In this document: one piece after another, positions 31,709-42,765 of the stretch | Layout: every line of letters begins with the position of its first letter | Numbering within the stretch: position 1 is the first letter of the stretch | DNA from: Flavobacteriales bacterium | GTDB taxonomy: Bacteria; Bacteroidota; Bacteroidia; Flavobacteriales_F; PHOS-HE28 | NCBI GenBank assembly: GCA_016717225.1 | Contig: JADKGB010000003.1 | Span: 142,113 to 206,112, forward strand | Reading direction: 5' to 3' | DNA length: 64,000 nt | Made by a program: the position numbers and the translations under genes | Notes under the pieces: generated by a model | Seen by the model: the letters and a program-made list of their open reading frames with translations, nothing else | The model's database searches: none | Told to the model about the DNA's origin: nothing

Positions 31709-34092
31709 ATGCCTCGTGCTCATCTCCTTTCCGGTTCCGCTTTATTGATCGCCTTCACAGTCGGCGCGCAAGATTCTCCTCGGTACGGCCGCGATAAATT
31801 CAGGCAGTTGGACCAGGAACTGCCCACGCCCAACGAACAGCGAACAGCCAGTGGCGCTCCAGGCCACGCCTATTGGCAAATGAAGGCGGACTACAACATC
31901 AGTGTAGAGATCGATGAGACTACCGGCCCAACTCCGAAACTGACAGGCAAGGAAACGATCACCTACCACAACCAAAGCCCGGACAAGCTGGACTACATCT
32001 GGCTACAGCTGGACCAGAACATCTTCGAGCCTGGCAGTGATGCCAATACCATCCGCACCAGCACCATTCCTGATAGTGTGAATTTCGATCAGTTATCGAA
32101 ATGGACCAAGCCCTTCGAAGGCGGCTACAAGATCACGGCCGTTAAGGATGCGAGCGGCGGCACGCTCAAGTACACCATCAACAAGACGATGATGCGGATC
32201 GACCTGCCGAAACCACTTTCACCAGGTGGAACCTATGCGTTCACCGTGGAATGGTGGAACTGGATCAACGACCGCATGAAGGTGGGCGGCCGCGGCGGCT
32301 ACGAATACTTCGAGGAGGAGGACAACTACATCTACACCATCGCGCAGTTCTACCCGCGCATGGCCGCCTACATGGATTACAGCGGCTGGATGCACAAGCA
32401 GTTCCTCGGCAATGGCGAGTTCACTTTGGACTTCGGTGACTATACGCTCAGCATCACGTTACCGGGTGATCATGTCGTGGCTTCAACCGGTGTATTGCAG
32501 AATGAGAGCGCAGTGCTCACGGCCGAACAACGTTCACGCTTGGCCAAGGCACGCACAGCCACCGCGCCGGTCTTCATCGTAACGCCCGATGAAGCGAAGA
32601 AGAACGAGAACAAGTCAGCTGACGCGAAGAAGTCAGTGGGCAAGAAGACCTGGACCTATAAGGCCACCAACGTGCGCGATGTCGCCTTCGCCAATAGCCG
32701 CAAGTTCATGTGGGACGGCATGAACCAACCCGTCGGAGACCCTGCTCCGGGGTCACGAACGTGTTGTGCATGAGCTTCTACCCGAAGGAAGGCAATCCAC
32801 TGTGGGAGATGTACAGCACCAAAGTGGTGGCGCACACGATCAAGACCTACAGCAAGTTCACGTGCGACTACATCTATCCGGTGGCGCAGAGCATCCACAC
32901 CGATCGTATCGGTATGGAGTACCCGATGATCTGCTTCAACGGCGGGCGGCCGGAAAAAGACGGCACCTACAGCGAACGGACGAAGTATGGCATGATCGGC
33001 GTGATCACGCACGAGGTCGGCCACAACTTCTTCCCGATGATCATCAACAGCGATGAGCGCCAGTGGACGTGGATGGACGAAGGCCTCAACACCTTCGTGC
33101 AATACCTCACCGAGCAGGAGTGGGACCGCGACTATCCCAGCTGGCGCGGCAAGCCCCGCAACATCGTGGACTACATGAAGGGCGATCCGAACGCAGCACC
33201 GGACAAGGTGAAGGCGCGCATCGAACCGATCATGACCAACAGCGAGAGCCTGACGCAGTTCGGCAACAACGCCTACGGTAAGCCCTGCACCGCGCTGAAC
33301 ATCCTGCGCGAGACCGTCATGGGCCGCGAGCTCTTCGACCACGCCTTCAAGACCTATTGCGAGCGCTGGAAATTCAAGCACCCCACACCAGCAGACTTCT
33401 TCCGCAGCATGGAGGATGCCAGCGGCGTGGACCTCGACTGGTTCTGGCGCGGCTGGTTCTACACCACCGACCACGTGGACATCAGCATCGAGAACCTCAA
33501 GTACAAGCGCATGGATCCACGCGATCCGTTGCAGGCGGAGAAATTCAAGCGCGATGACAAGTCACGCGAGGTGGCGGACATCAGCCGTGAGCGCAACAAG
33601 ACCGACGTGGCGCAAGTGGTGGTAGAGCGCGATCCCAGCACGAAGGATTTCTATAACCGATATGATCCGATCACGGCTACCGAACGCGACATGACCGAGT
33701 TCGAGAAGTGGAAGAAAGGCCTGAAGCCAGAAGAACTCGCCCTGCTGAACGAGGACCTGCACTTGTACGAACTCTCCTTCAAGAACATCGGTGGCCTGGT
33801 GATGCCTGTGATCCTGGAATGGGAGTACGCCGACGGCACCAAGGAAACCGAGCGCATCCCCGCTGAGATCTGGAAGACCGCCGATGAAGTGAGCAAGGTC
33901 TTCGTGAAGCGCAAAGAGGTGAAGAGCGTGACGCTCGATCCCTTCCTCGAAACTGCGGACTGCGACCTGAACAACAACAGCTGGCCTCCGAAGATGGCAC
34001 CTACTCGCTTCGACATTTTCAAAGAGCAGAAGTGGAGCATGCCCAACCCGATGCAATTGGAACGGAAGCAGGGGGAGGTGAAGGGACAGTAA
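31709..34092 (+). CDS. Peptidase M1-family zinc aminopeptidase, secreted; one apparent frameshift near 32735–32760
   Basis: Signal peptide [21 protein letters not shown]. Zincin motif [32 protein letters not shown] (HExxH-x18-E). Track ORFs 31709..32773 and 32710..34092 join at …[12 protein letters not shown] | [19 protein letters not shown]. Confidence 0.8.
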
Positions 34093-34096
34093 GCCT

Positions 34097-34962
34097 TCAA
34101 CGAATGACCCATAGCCGCTTCGGCTCCAACCGGAAACGCACCTCATTCCCGACCTCCAGGGCTCGCCATCCAGATGCGCCAGTGTTCCTGCCTGGTGCAC
34201 CGTGGCCTCACGCGTAACGATGTTCTTGATGTACTTGCTCCGGTCCGCGCGCTCCGTATAGACATCGTAAAAAGCTTTCAGAAGCGGGATCATTGGCGGC
34301 TTCGCGACAAGCCGTAGTTCAGCCAACCCATCATCCGGAGCAGACCCAGGACTTATGATCGCTCCGTTCCCGAACTCGCGTGTATTGCAGAACACGAGCA
34401 TCAGCACATGTGCTTCCAGTGTTTCGTTGTTCGCTTTGACCACTACACGCATGGGCTTCGCACCCATGATCTCCTTCAACACGATCTTCAGGTAACCGCT
34501 CATGCCCCGGCCTTCGCTCTTATCGAAAGCATGTGCAACGCGCGCATCGAACCCGATACCAGCGGTGCCCAGGAAGAGATGGTCATTCAAGTAACACACA
34601 TCCATCAGGCTCGCGCTGCCGGTGAAAGCAACTCGTAGAGCATCCTCTGGCTTCAACGGCAGTTTCTGCGACCGTGCATAACCGTTCCCGCTGCCCATGG
34701 CCACTACGCCCAATGGAACGGCGGTGCCCACCAGTCCAGCTGCGATGGCGTTCAAGGTTCCATCTCCCCCAACACTGATCACGCGGTCTTGTCCTGCTGC
34801 TACGGCTTCTTTCGCCAGCTCGGTTCCATGACCAGGACCATCGATCACCTTCTCGATGAGCTCTATCCCATGCTTTTGAGCAAGTCTTCCTGCAGCGTCA
34901 AGAACGGTCATCGCTCTGCGCTTCCCGCTGCGCGGGTTCAGGATCAATGTCGCCTTCATCAT
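34097..34962 (-). CDS. DAGK-catalytic-domain lipid kinase (YegS/BmrU-like); one apparent frameshift near 34150
   Basis: MMKATLILNPRSGKRR…VISVGGDGTLNAIAAGL…VAMGSGNGYARS…HLDGEP. The C-terminus continues in another frame (ALEVGNEVRFRLEPKRLWVIR*) to a TGA at 34097. The long 3' tail of track ORF 33562..34962 is an artefact that is antisense to the M1 peptidase gene. Confidence 0.65.
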
Positions 34963-36845
34963 TCCTTTATCACCATGTCGCGTTCCAGCAAATGTGTGTT
35001 GAATTGCTGCACAGATGCCTGCAATAGGCGATGAGCGGCTTCAAGATCGAACGCTGTGGGCAAGGTCTTCTCCTCTGGCTTCCACGTGCTACCAATGCCA
35101 TCGTGCCAAAGGATCTTCGTACCATCACTGCGCAACTGAACACGGGGTGTAACCATTAGCCAGGTCGCATTGCCTTCGCTGATCGCCGCAGGTGGCCGTT
35201 CAATGCGCAGGGTACTGCTACCGAACGAGAAGAAAGGCCTGGCGTATCCGATAAGGTCGAGAACCGTCGGCAGAATGTCGATCTGTTGGGTCGTACGCAC
35301 ATCAGCTTGAGGTGCAATAACTCCGGGCATGTAATAGACCATCGGTATCCAGAAGTCGTATGCCGAACCACTCTGTTCACCGTTCCGTTCCAGATCGGCC
35401 GTGTGATCAGCGGTGATCACGAACAGCGTATTGGCGAACCAGGGCATGTTGTGAGCGGTCGCAAAGAACTCACGCAATGCATTGTCAGCATACTTCAGCG
35501 TTGGGTGAATGGTGAGTTTGCCCCCTGCGAAGCGCTTCGCATCAGCCTCCGGCAGTTTGTAAGGGTGGTGGGAACTGAGTGTGAAGACCGAACTCATGAA
35601 CGGCTGCTTCTCCTTGTTCAGCTCGTTGGCATAGAACTGAAGAAAAGGCTGATCACGAATACCCCAGATACCGTCGTCATGATCTTCGTGCGGATACTCG
35701 TTCCGTCCAACGTATCGCTGAAAACCCGCTGATCGTGCGAAAGCATCAAAACCCATCGTCCCATTATTCCCGCCGTGGTAAAAACTTGTGCTGTAGCCCT
35801 CTGCAGCGAGGAGATCCGGCAACGCAGTGAACGGCGCATCGGCGTATGGCGAAGTGGTGAACGCCTCTTCCATCATCTTCGGCATGCTCGCTATGATCGC
35901 GGGCAGTCCGTCAATACTCCGGCGACCGTTGGCGTGCGCTTGTGTGTAGTACAAACCCTTCCCCATAAGCGAATCCAGAAAAGGCATATAGCCTTCTCTA
36001 CCGCCGTTCAGCAAACTGCTGTATGTGCCACTGAAACTTTCCAACACGATAACCACCACGTTGGGACGACCCGGAACCAATTTGTTCTGTCCGTAAAAGT
36101 GGACCACAGGCCATATCCTGTCCGCTTCGGCCTGTGGCATGAACTCGCGTTTTTCGATAGTCGGTTTGCCAATGCTCGTCATTACCGTAAAAGGCGAATT
36201 GAGAACCAACGGCATGTACGCTGGAGATGAGTAGGAACTCGCGTCAAGCACCGCAAGTGGCATGTACTGAAGGCCGCCACGTGAGCACAGCACAACGAGC
36301 AACACCACACCAATTCGCCAGAGCCACCATGGCTTTTCGGGTACCGAAGGCCATCTTCTTGATGCGATGCGGTATCCGAGATCCGCCAAGACGATAGAAA
36401 CGATGAAGATCACAACCACATACCAGAAGTCCTTCGCGAACACCGGGGCCAAGTGTGCGAGATCATCACCTCCGCTGGCTATACCGAAGAGGTCCGCAGT
36501 GCTTCGCTTCAGCGTGAACTTGTAATACTCCAGATCGGTGCAATTGAGGAAAAAGCAGAACACATTGCTCACGTGGAAAAGGGATCTCTGCACCACGTGG
36601 AACCAACCGTGCAGGACCGGTCTCACAAGCATGGACAGGATCCACGGACTGTACAACCAAGCGATCGCACTGGCATCGAATCGAATTCCACCGATGAACG
36701 CACTGAACGGCGGCTCTGGGAAACCGTCCTGGTTCAATAAGAAGAACGCAATGCGGTGCAGGAAGAAAACCGCTGCCACCGTGCCCAAGGTGGCCACGAT
36801 GCGGAAGAAAGGGTTGAAGGACCCTGTGGTTGCGTTGCCAGCCAT
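34959..36845 (-). CDS. LTA-synthase-family protein / membrane sulfatase-fold phosphoglycerol transferase
   Basis: About five N-terminal TM helices from MAGNATTGSFNPFFRIVATLGTVAAVFF, then sulfatase-fold NVVVIVLESFSG…HGGNNGTMGFD…HHPY. The stop overlaps the lipid-kinase start by ATGA. The track N-terminal extension to 37388 is rejected. Confidence 0.7.
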   Translation of the reverse strand: MAGNATTGSFNPFFRIVATLGTVAAVFFLHRIAFFLLNQDGFPEPPFSAFIGGIRFDASAIAWLYSPWILSMLVRPVLHGWFHVVQRSLFHVSNVFCFFLNCTDLEYYKFTLKRSTADLFGIASGGDDLAHLAPVFAKDFWYVVVIFIVSIVLADLGYRIASRRWPSVPEKPWWLWRIGVVLLVVLCSRGGLQYMPLAVLDASSYSSPAYMPLVLNSPFTVMTSIGKPTIEKREFMPQAEADRIWPVVHFYGQNKLVPGRPNVVVIVLESFSGTYSSLLNGGREGYMPFLDSLMGKGLYYTQAHANGRRSIDGLPAIIASMPKMMEEAFTTSPYADAPFTALPDLLAAEGYSTSFYHGGNNGTMGFDAFARSAGFQRYVGRNEYPHEDHDDGIWGIRDQPFLQFYANELNKEKQPFMSSVFTLSSHHPYKLPEADAKRFAGGKLTIHPTLKYADNALREFFATAHNMPWFANTLFVITADHTADLERNGEQSGSAYDFWIPMVYYMPGVIAPQADVRTTQQIDILPTVLDLIGYARPFFSFGSSTLRIERPPAAISEGNATWLMVTPRVQLRSDGTKILWHDGIGSTWKPEEKTLPTAFDLEAAHRLLQASVQQFNTHLLERDMVIKE

Positions 36846-37001
36846 TCGTGAAGCCTGCGAACCTAAGAAACCCTTGGCGGTGAAAGTCCACAACAAGTGT
36901 TGGCATCCTCTCCCCCATGTCCATTTCCGCATGCTTGGCCACCGGTACTTTTGCCCAACCGCAAGCATGCAAGGCCGTTGTCGAGCTGCGGAGCGAAACC
37001 C

Positions 37002-39023
37002 ATGACCATCGAAGCCATAGACAAGAAACAACTCGCCTTTGAGCGCGGCAAACTGAGCAATACTGAGCTGCTGGACATCTACGAGCACCTGCTTCGTCCT
37101 CGCCTTATCGAGGAGAAAATGCTCAGCATGCTCCGTCAAGGCCGCATCAGCAAGTGGTTCAGTGGTATCGGGCAAGAGGCGGTCGCCGTGGGTGCGGCTT
37201 TGGCCATGCACCCCGATGAGTATATCCTCCCGATGCACCGCAATCTGGGCACCTTCACTTCGCGTGGTGTTCCAATGGCAAGGCTCTTCAGCCAATTCCA
37301 AGGGCGTGCCAACGGTTTCACCAAAGGCCGCGATCGCAGTTTCCACTTCGGGACACAGGAATACAAATTGGTGGGCATGATCAGCCACTTGGGGCCGCAG
37401 CTCGGCGTGGCCGATGGCATCGCGCTAGCGCACAAGCTGCGCGAAGAGAAGAAGTGTACGCTCGTATTCACCGGTGATGGTGCAACGAGCGAAGGCGACT
37501 TCCACGAGAGTGTGAATACCGCAGCTGTGTGGAACCTGCCGGTGATCATTGTGATCGAGAACAATGGCTACGGCCTGAGCACGCCCAGCGATGAGCAGTT
37601 CAAATGCGAACTGCTTTCGGACAAGGCCATTGGCTACGGCATGGAAAGCCGCGTGGTAGCGGGCAACAACATCCTCGATGTGATCCACACGCTGCGCGAG
37701 GTGAGCGAGAGCATTCGCCAGAACCCGCGTCCTGTTCTTGTAGAGTGCATGACCTTCCGCATGAGAGGTCACGAGGAAGCGAGCGGCACGAAGTACGTGC
37801 CACAAGAGCTTTTCGACGCCTGGGAGAAGAAAGATCCTGTGATGAACTACGAGCGTTGGCTCATGAATACCGGCCTGTTGAACGAACCGGACATGAACGG
37901 CATGCGCAAAAAGATCAAGGGCGAGATCGCCGAAGCGGTCGAGATCGCGTTCGCCGAACCGCCCATCACCGTGGATCTTTCTACGGAACTGAGCGATGTG
38001 TATGCGAAGCCCATCGTGCAAAGCAGTATGAATTCGAAAGGACCAAGTGTGACAGCTCAAGGTCCCGAGAAACGTTTTATCGAAGCGATCACAGAAGGCA
38101 TGCGCGAGAGCATGCGGAAGTTCCCGAACTTGGTGCTCATGGGTCAGGACATCGCCGAATATGGTGGTGCGTTCAAAGTGACCGACGGCTTTGTGGCGGA
38201 GTTCGGCAAGGGCCGTGTCCGGAACACGCCGCTGTGTGAAAGCGCCATTCTCGGTGCAGGGCTAGGCCTCAGCATCAACGGCATGAAGGCGATGGTGGAA
38301 ATGCAGTTCGCCGATTTCGTGACGGAGGGCATGACACAGATCATCAACAACTACGCGAAGGCGCATTGGCGCTGGGGACAGAATGCTGACGTGGTCGTAC
38401 GAATGCCGACAGGGGCCGGATCAGGGGCTGGGCCGTTCCACAGCCAGAGCAATGAGGCGTGGTTCGTGAAGACGCCTGGATTGAAAGTGGTGTACCCGGC
38501 TTTCCCTGCTGACGCAAAAGGCCTGCTTTGTTCAGCCTTCGAGGATCCCGATCCGGTGATCTACTTCGAACACAAGAACCTCTATCGCTCACTGACCGGT
38601 CCGGTTCCCGATGGTTGGTACACTGTGCCCATCGGCGAAGCGGCACTTCTGCGCGAAGGCACAAACCTTACCATCATCACCTACGGCATGGGTGTGCATT
38701 GGGCGCTCGCTGAACTCGATGCGACGAAGATCAGCGCAGACCTTATAGACCTTCGCACGCTCCTTCCCTGGCATAAGGAACTCGTCCTCGAAAGCGTGAA
38801 GAAAACCGGCAAGGCTCTCGTGCTTCACGAAGACACGCTAACGTGCGGCATCGGTGGAGAGATCGCCGCGGTGATCAACGAAGAGTGCTTCCACTACCTC
38901 GATGCCCCCGTGATGCGGGTGGCTTCGTTGGATACACCGATCCCTTTCGATACCGGATTGGAGCAGCAGTTCCTGGCGAAGGGGAGATTGAGGGAGGCAT
39001 TGGAGAGGTTGAGCAAGTACTGA
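37002..39023 (+). CDS. Fused thiamine-diphosphate-dependent 2-oxoacid dehydrogenase E1 alpha/beta subunit
   Basis: The alpha part has the TPP motif GDGATSEGDFHESVNTAAVWNLPVIIVIENNGY. The beta part has MGQDIAEYGGAFKVT…AILGAGLG…PFHSQS. The ATG at 37002 gives MTIEAIDKK…. Confidence 0.85.
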   Translation: MTIEAIDKKQLAFERGKLSNTELLDIYEHLLRPRLIEEKMLSMLRQGRISKWFSGIGQEAVAVGAALAMHPDEYILPMHRNLGTFTSRGVPMARLFSQFQGRANGFTKGRDRSFHFGTQEYKLVGMISHLGPQLGVADGIALAHKLREEKKCTLVFTGDGATSEGDFHESVNTAAVWNLPVIIVIENNGYGLSTPSDEQFKCELLSDKAIGYGMESRVVAGNNILDVIHTLREVSESIRQNPRPVLVECMTFRMRGHEEASGTKYVPQELFDAWEKKDPVMNYERWLMNTGLLNEPDMNGMRKKIKGEIAEAVEIAFAEPPITVDLSTELSDVYAKPIVQSSMNSKGPSVTAQGPEKRFIEAITEGMRESMRKFPNLVLMGQDIAEYGGAFKVTDGFVAEFGKGRVRNTPLCESAILGAGLGLSINGMKAMVEMQFADFVTEGMTQIINNYAKAHWRWGQNADVVVRMPTGAGSGAGPFHSQSNEAWFVKTPGLKVVYPAFPADAKGLLCSAFEDPDPVIYFEHKNLYRSLTGPVPDGWYTVPIGEAALLREGTNLTIITYGMGVHWALAELDATKISADLIDLRTLLPWHKELVLESVKKTGKALVLHEDTLTCGIGGEIAAVINEECFHYLDAPVMRVASLDTPIPFDTGLEQQFLAKGRLREALERLSKY

Positions 39024-39220
39024 TCGCCCGATCTATCCGTAGTCAAGCCGTTGCTTTCGATCACATTCCAATAGAACCGAACGTGCTGCGATCTCGCAGC
39101 TCTTGTGCGTCCCTGACCATTTATCAACAAAAACCTTGTCCGTATGGGAAGTTGATACCTTGGCAATTGTGCGTTCGATATTGACGTCGTGCGTCTCGTT
39201 GACCCCTCAAACCATCTCCC

Positions 39221-40441
39221 ATGAAGCGTCTTCTTTCCCCTGGTCGCTCGATCTCGAACTATGTGATCGCATTGATAGCGTTGGCCTCTGGAACAGGCTA
39301 CGGCCTGGTAGGTAGTGAAGCGACTTCACGCGAATTGGATCTGCTCGCATGTTCATCGGCAGTGGTTGTGCCAGATCGCGGAGTCTCTGAAGATCTTCCC
39401 GCTGCGGACTTTACGGTTTCCGTGAATGCTGTTCCGTTGGCATGGCAAATTGGAGGCGTCAACAACCCACCGCTCACGATGAGCCGAGGTGTTTCCTACA
39501 CGATCGATCTGAACGCTGTCATCAGCGCCCATCCGTTCGTGATCAACTCCAACGCGGCCAATGCAGGTGGAACTGTCTACGCCGGTCCGGCCTCCGCCAC
39601 CACGATCTTCTTTACACCGGATTTCGTGATGCCATCCACGATCTACTACCACTGCATGGTCCATTTCACCTCTATGGTGGGAACGATCACACTGGTCACG
39701 CCACCCATACAACTCTCGATCAAGGCATTTCTGGAAGGCGCCTATAACACAGGCTCATTGGACATGAACGACGACCTGCGCTCGGCTGGCTTGGTACCAC
39801 CCACGGAACCATACACGGACCTCGGGTATGAATACGCCAGCGGCGGTGGAGAGACCGTTTCTCCTGCGGTCCTTTCGATAGTGGGCAACAATGCGGTGGT
39901 CGATTGGGTGCTTGTTGAATTGAGGGATATGAGCGACCCTACTGTGGTACTTCAATCCAGGGCAGGCTTGATCCAAGCGGACGGCGATGTAGTAGCACCA
40001 AGCGGAGGAACGCCTATGCTTTTCACCCTTGCGGGCGGGGAATATTATGTTGCATTGCGTCACAGAAGCCACTTGGGTATTATGACACAGAACCCTGTGA
40101 CACTTTCCAGTGTCGCGACACCCATTGACTTCACCTTGCTTTCAACGAGCACCTTCGGCACGGCAGCACGGAAAACGATCGGCACTGTCCAAGCGCTGTG
40201 GATGGGTGACTCGAATTTTGACGGTATTCTTTCCTACACTGGTTTGGGGAATGATCGCGACCCTATTCTGCTGAGCGTTGGAAGTACCACGCCGAACAAC
40301 ACAGCGAATGGTTATTTGGCAACGGACCTGAACATGAACGGCACGGCCGGTTACACTGGTGGAATGAATGACCGTGACCCGATCCTGGTGAACGTAGGCA
40401 GCACTACACCTAACAATACCCGGACGCAACAACTACCCTGA
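39221..40441 (+). CDS. Secreted cupredoxin-domain protein with C-terminal tandem GLGNDRDPIL/VGSTTPNNT repeats
   Basis: Signal peptide MKRLLSPGRSISNYVIALIALASG. The segment AHPFVINS…STIYYHCMVHFTSMVGTITL has the type-1 copper ligand spacing H…C..H….M. The C-terminus has two copies of YTGG[ML]NDRDPIL[LV][SN]VGSTTPNNT. Confidence 0.6.
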   Translation: MKRLLSPGRSISNYVIALIALASGTGYGLVGSEATSRELDLLACSSAVVVPDRGVSEDLPAADFTVSVNAVPLAWQIGGVNNPPLTMSRGVSYTIDLNAVISAHPFVINSNAANAGGTVYAGPASATTIFFTPDFVMPSTIYYHCMVHFTSMVGTITLVTPPIQLSIKAFLEGAYNTGSLDMNDDLRSAGLVPPTEPYTDLGYEYASGGGETVSPAVLSIVGNNAVVDWVLVELRDMSDPTVVLQSRAGLIQADGDVVAPSGGTPMLFTLAGGEYYVALRHRSHLGIMTQNPVTLSSVATPIDFTLLSTSTFGTAARKTIGTVQALWMGDSNFDGILSYTGLGNDRDPILLSVGSTTPNNTANGYLATDLNMNGTAGYTGGMNDRDPILVNVGSTTPNNTRTQQLP

Positions 40442-40464
40442 AAAGGAAACAGGGCTCGAGAAAC

Positions 40465-40833
40465 CTACTTGTCCTCCAACAACTTCTTTCCCTCTGGAGT
40501 TGGTAGACTGATCTCTTCCAGAATGGCTGCTTGGCCCTTTCTGCATTCCCCGATGCTTGCGCGCGACGGACGATACTTGAAGCGAAGTTTGAGTCCGTTC
40601 TTCTTGTAACGCTCGTCCAATCCGATAGGGATCAGGAACACATTGTTCACCCCGTCAAGTGTCACCACCAGCGGACAACCATCACCCACCATAGCGGTGG
40701 TAACCGTTCCAGTGCTGAAGCCAGCATTGGCTTCTTGTTGTTCCACAACCGCGGCACTGTCCACGCTTTGCTTCTTCGCACCGCATGCTGCGCTCAACGC
40801 GACCAGCATGGCCAAGATGATAGCCTTGGTCAT
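40465..40833 (-). CDS. Small hypothetical lipoprotein
   Basis: MTKAIILAMLVALSAAC has a lipobox. Its ATG shares one base with the upstream gene's TGA stop. Confidence 0.5.
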   Translation of the reverse strand: MTKAIILAMLVALSAACGAKKQSVDSAAVVEQQEANAGFSTGTVTTAMVGDGCPLVVTLDGVNNVFLIPIGLDERYKKNGLKLRFKYRPSRASIGECRKGQAAILEEISLPTPEGKKLLEDK

Positions 40834-42680
40834 CACTTCACCGAAGTGATAAGGAGACGCTGCACCTGTTGCTTATCGCCGTTCACCAAGCGAACGAACC
40901 AGATCCCGGCTGCCAACCCAGAAGCGTTCAGAGTCAAACTAGCTGAACCATTCGCGATCGCGATCTCCTTGGAGATCACGCGCTTGCCATCCATGCCGAT
41001 CACTTCTACACGGGAATCGACGGAGGAATTGGCACCCCGCACACGAACGGAGATCATCTCACCCTGTAGTGCTGTTTCCAGGAGCAGTCCAGTTGCACCT
41101 TGCCCCGCTTCCTCAACACCAACTTCACCTTGCAAGTTGAAGGAGAAAATTCGGGTTCTTGGGTTTCCTCCTGACCCTATGTACTCAGCGGTACACCAGA
41201 ACGTTGAGCCATCCGGATCGAGCGCGAGGTGGGCATAATCACCGAATCGATCCGTGCCGGTCTGCGATGCTGTCCCATTGATGACCGTCTGCTCGGCAAA
41301 GGTCATCTGCCCCAGCGGATCAGAAGCCAGGCGGCCAGTGTAACGTATTCCGGGATAGATAGTCGCAACCTCGTCAGAACAACTGTAGGCCATGCCGATA
41401 TTGCCTTGATCGTCCATCCCAATACTCGCCTGATAACGGTCGGCTGCATCAGGGTTCCAAGTGCCTTGCTGATAAATACTCCAGTTGCCATCGTTCGCAT
41501 CACGGATCTCGTACCACCGCACCGCACAATGGTTACTTCCCACATCAACGCCATGGCACAGCAGAACGCTGTTGTGATCCGCCCAGCGGGTATGCTGCGC
41601 GCGGAAGTAGAAATAGCCCAAGCCGGCATCCAGTTTCTGGGTAGTACCTGGCTGCGGAATGTTGGAAAAACCGCTTCCCAATAACGGATCGAACGCGGTT
41701 GTATTCAGAGTTTGTGATTGAACCACGCTGGTGCTGCTCGTGGTTACCCAATTCGTGTTCATCTCATAGATCTTGATCCGATCGCTTGGCGCACCCCATG
41801 TATTGTCCTCCATGTTGAAGAAATAGCAAGGCGTACCATCTGGAGGCAGATCTCCATCAGCATCGGCCGGAAGAACACTTGTGAAGCCCGCATTGATGAC
41901 ATTCGGAGCACTGAGGGCCACCATGCGGGGTGAGGCACCACCAGCAAGCATGACACTACGTTCGAACACCACTGCCGTCTTGTTGCTGTTACTGGTCATG
42001 TAATAGCCATCCCACCAGATGCTGAATTTCGGGTAGTCGGGGAACTGGGTGAAGTTGTACGACCATGAATTGTACGCTCCTCCCGGATCGCCGGTCTCAC
42101 TTACCGCGATCAGCATTTTGTTCGGAGTACCTGCGTTGAATTGCGAAATGAACCAGCGATCCGCATGGCGATCGTACATCACGATCGGGTCGCCGTCGTT
42201 GTTGCTTCCAGCCCAAAGCGTGCTGAGCGATGATGCAGAACCATCCGCAGTGCCTGTCTTGAAATACACCCTGAAAGCGGTATTCACAGCTTGCATATAC
42301 CGATCAGGACCAGCGGCTCCCGTTGGATCCGGCGGAATTCCACTTCCGGATTGACCCAGGAAGCTCACCAGCGGAGCACGGTTTGTGCGCGTGGCCGGTT
42401 GAGTCTGCAATGCACCATCGGCCTCATCACTGAACTGGGGTGCCACCAACGGAGGCAGCGGGCGACGTTCATCCACCTCGTGCCGATCACGGTCTTCGTT
42501 GAGTTCCTCGATGATCGCAGGCCATTCTCGCATGGGCGGCGTTTTGAAGAAACCGGACGGCACCTGCACGGTCACCGTTTGCCCTAGCGAATTAACACTG
42601 CGCTCCTCCTGAACTTCCTGTGCGGACAGCTCTGAAGGAACGAACAAAAGGACAGGTACGAGGGCGAAAAAAGATCTCAT
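40833..42680 (-). CDS. Secreted protein with a T9SS type-A (Por) C-terminal sorting domain; N-terminal domain unassigned
   Basis: Signal peptide MRSFFALVPVLLFVPSELSAQE. The C-terminal 80 aa …IGMDGKRVISKEI…LAAGIWFVRLVNGDKQQVQRLLI match the Por_Secre_tail pattern. Confidence 0.7.
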   Translation of the reverse strand: MRSFFALVPVLLFVPSELSAQEVQEERSVNSLGQTVTVQVPSGFFKTPPMREWPAIIEELNEDRDRHEVDERRPLPPLVAPQFSDEADGALQTQPATRTNRAPLVSFLGQSGSGIPPDPTGAAGPDRYMQAVNTAFRVYFKTGTADGSASSLSTLWAGSNNDGDPIVMYDRHADRWFISQFNAGTPNKMLIAVSETGDPGGAYNSWSYNFTQFPDYPKFSIWWDGYYMTSNSNKTAVVFERSVMLAGGASPRMVALSAPNVINAGFTSVLPADADGDLPPDGTPCYFFNMEDNTWGAPSDRIKIYEMNTNWVTTSSTSVVQSQTLNTTAFDPLLGSGFSNIPQPGTTQKLDAGLGYFYFRAQHTRWADHNSVLLCHGVDVGSNHCAVRWYEIRDANDGNWSIYQQGTWNPDAADRYQASIGMDDQGNIGMAYSCSDEVATIYPGIRYTGRLASDPLGQMTFAEQTVINGTASQTGTDRFGDYAHLALDPDGSTFWCTAEYIGSGGNPRTRIFSFNLQGEVGVEEAGQGATGLLLETALQGEMISVRVRGANSSVDSRVEVIGMDGKRVISKEIAIANGSASLTLNASGLAAGIWFVRLVNGDKQQVQRLLITSVK

Positions 42681-42765
42681 GGGACGTTGGTTGGACTTCA
42701 AAGGTATCCCTCAATTCACAGTTCGTCACAGCTTGGTCAAGGAAAGAATCCAAGGTCTTGGAAAG

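Noticed and set aside
32656-33474. A 272-aa ORF antisense to the M1 peptidase
   Set aside because: It lies antisense to a gene carrying a clear HExxH-E motif and has low-complexity composition.
33562-34150. A 3' extension of the lipid-kinase ORF that makes it 466 aa
   Set aside because: Real DAGK-like kinases end about 30 aa after the DGE motif. The extension is antisense to the M1 peptidase gene and exists only because a frameshift removed the true stop at 34097.
36846-37388. An N-terminal extension of the LTA-synthase ORF, and the matching N-terminal extension (36897..37001) of the E1 gene
   Set aside because: Both extensions run through the divergent promoter region. Membrane-topology and homology-consistent starts are at 36845 on the minus strand and 37002 on the plus strand.
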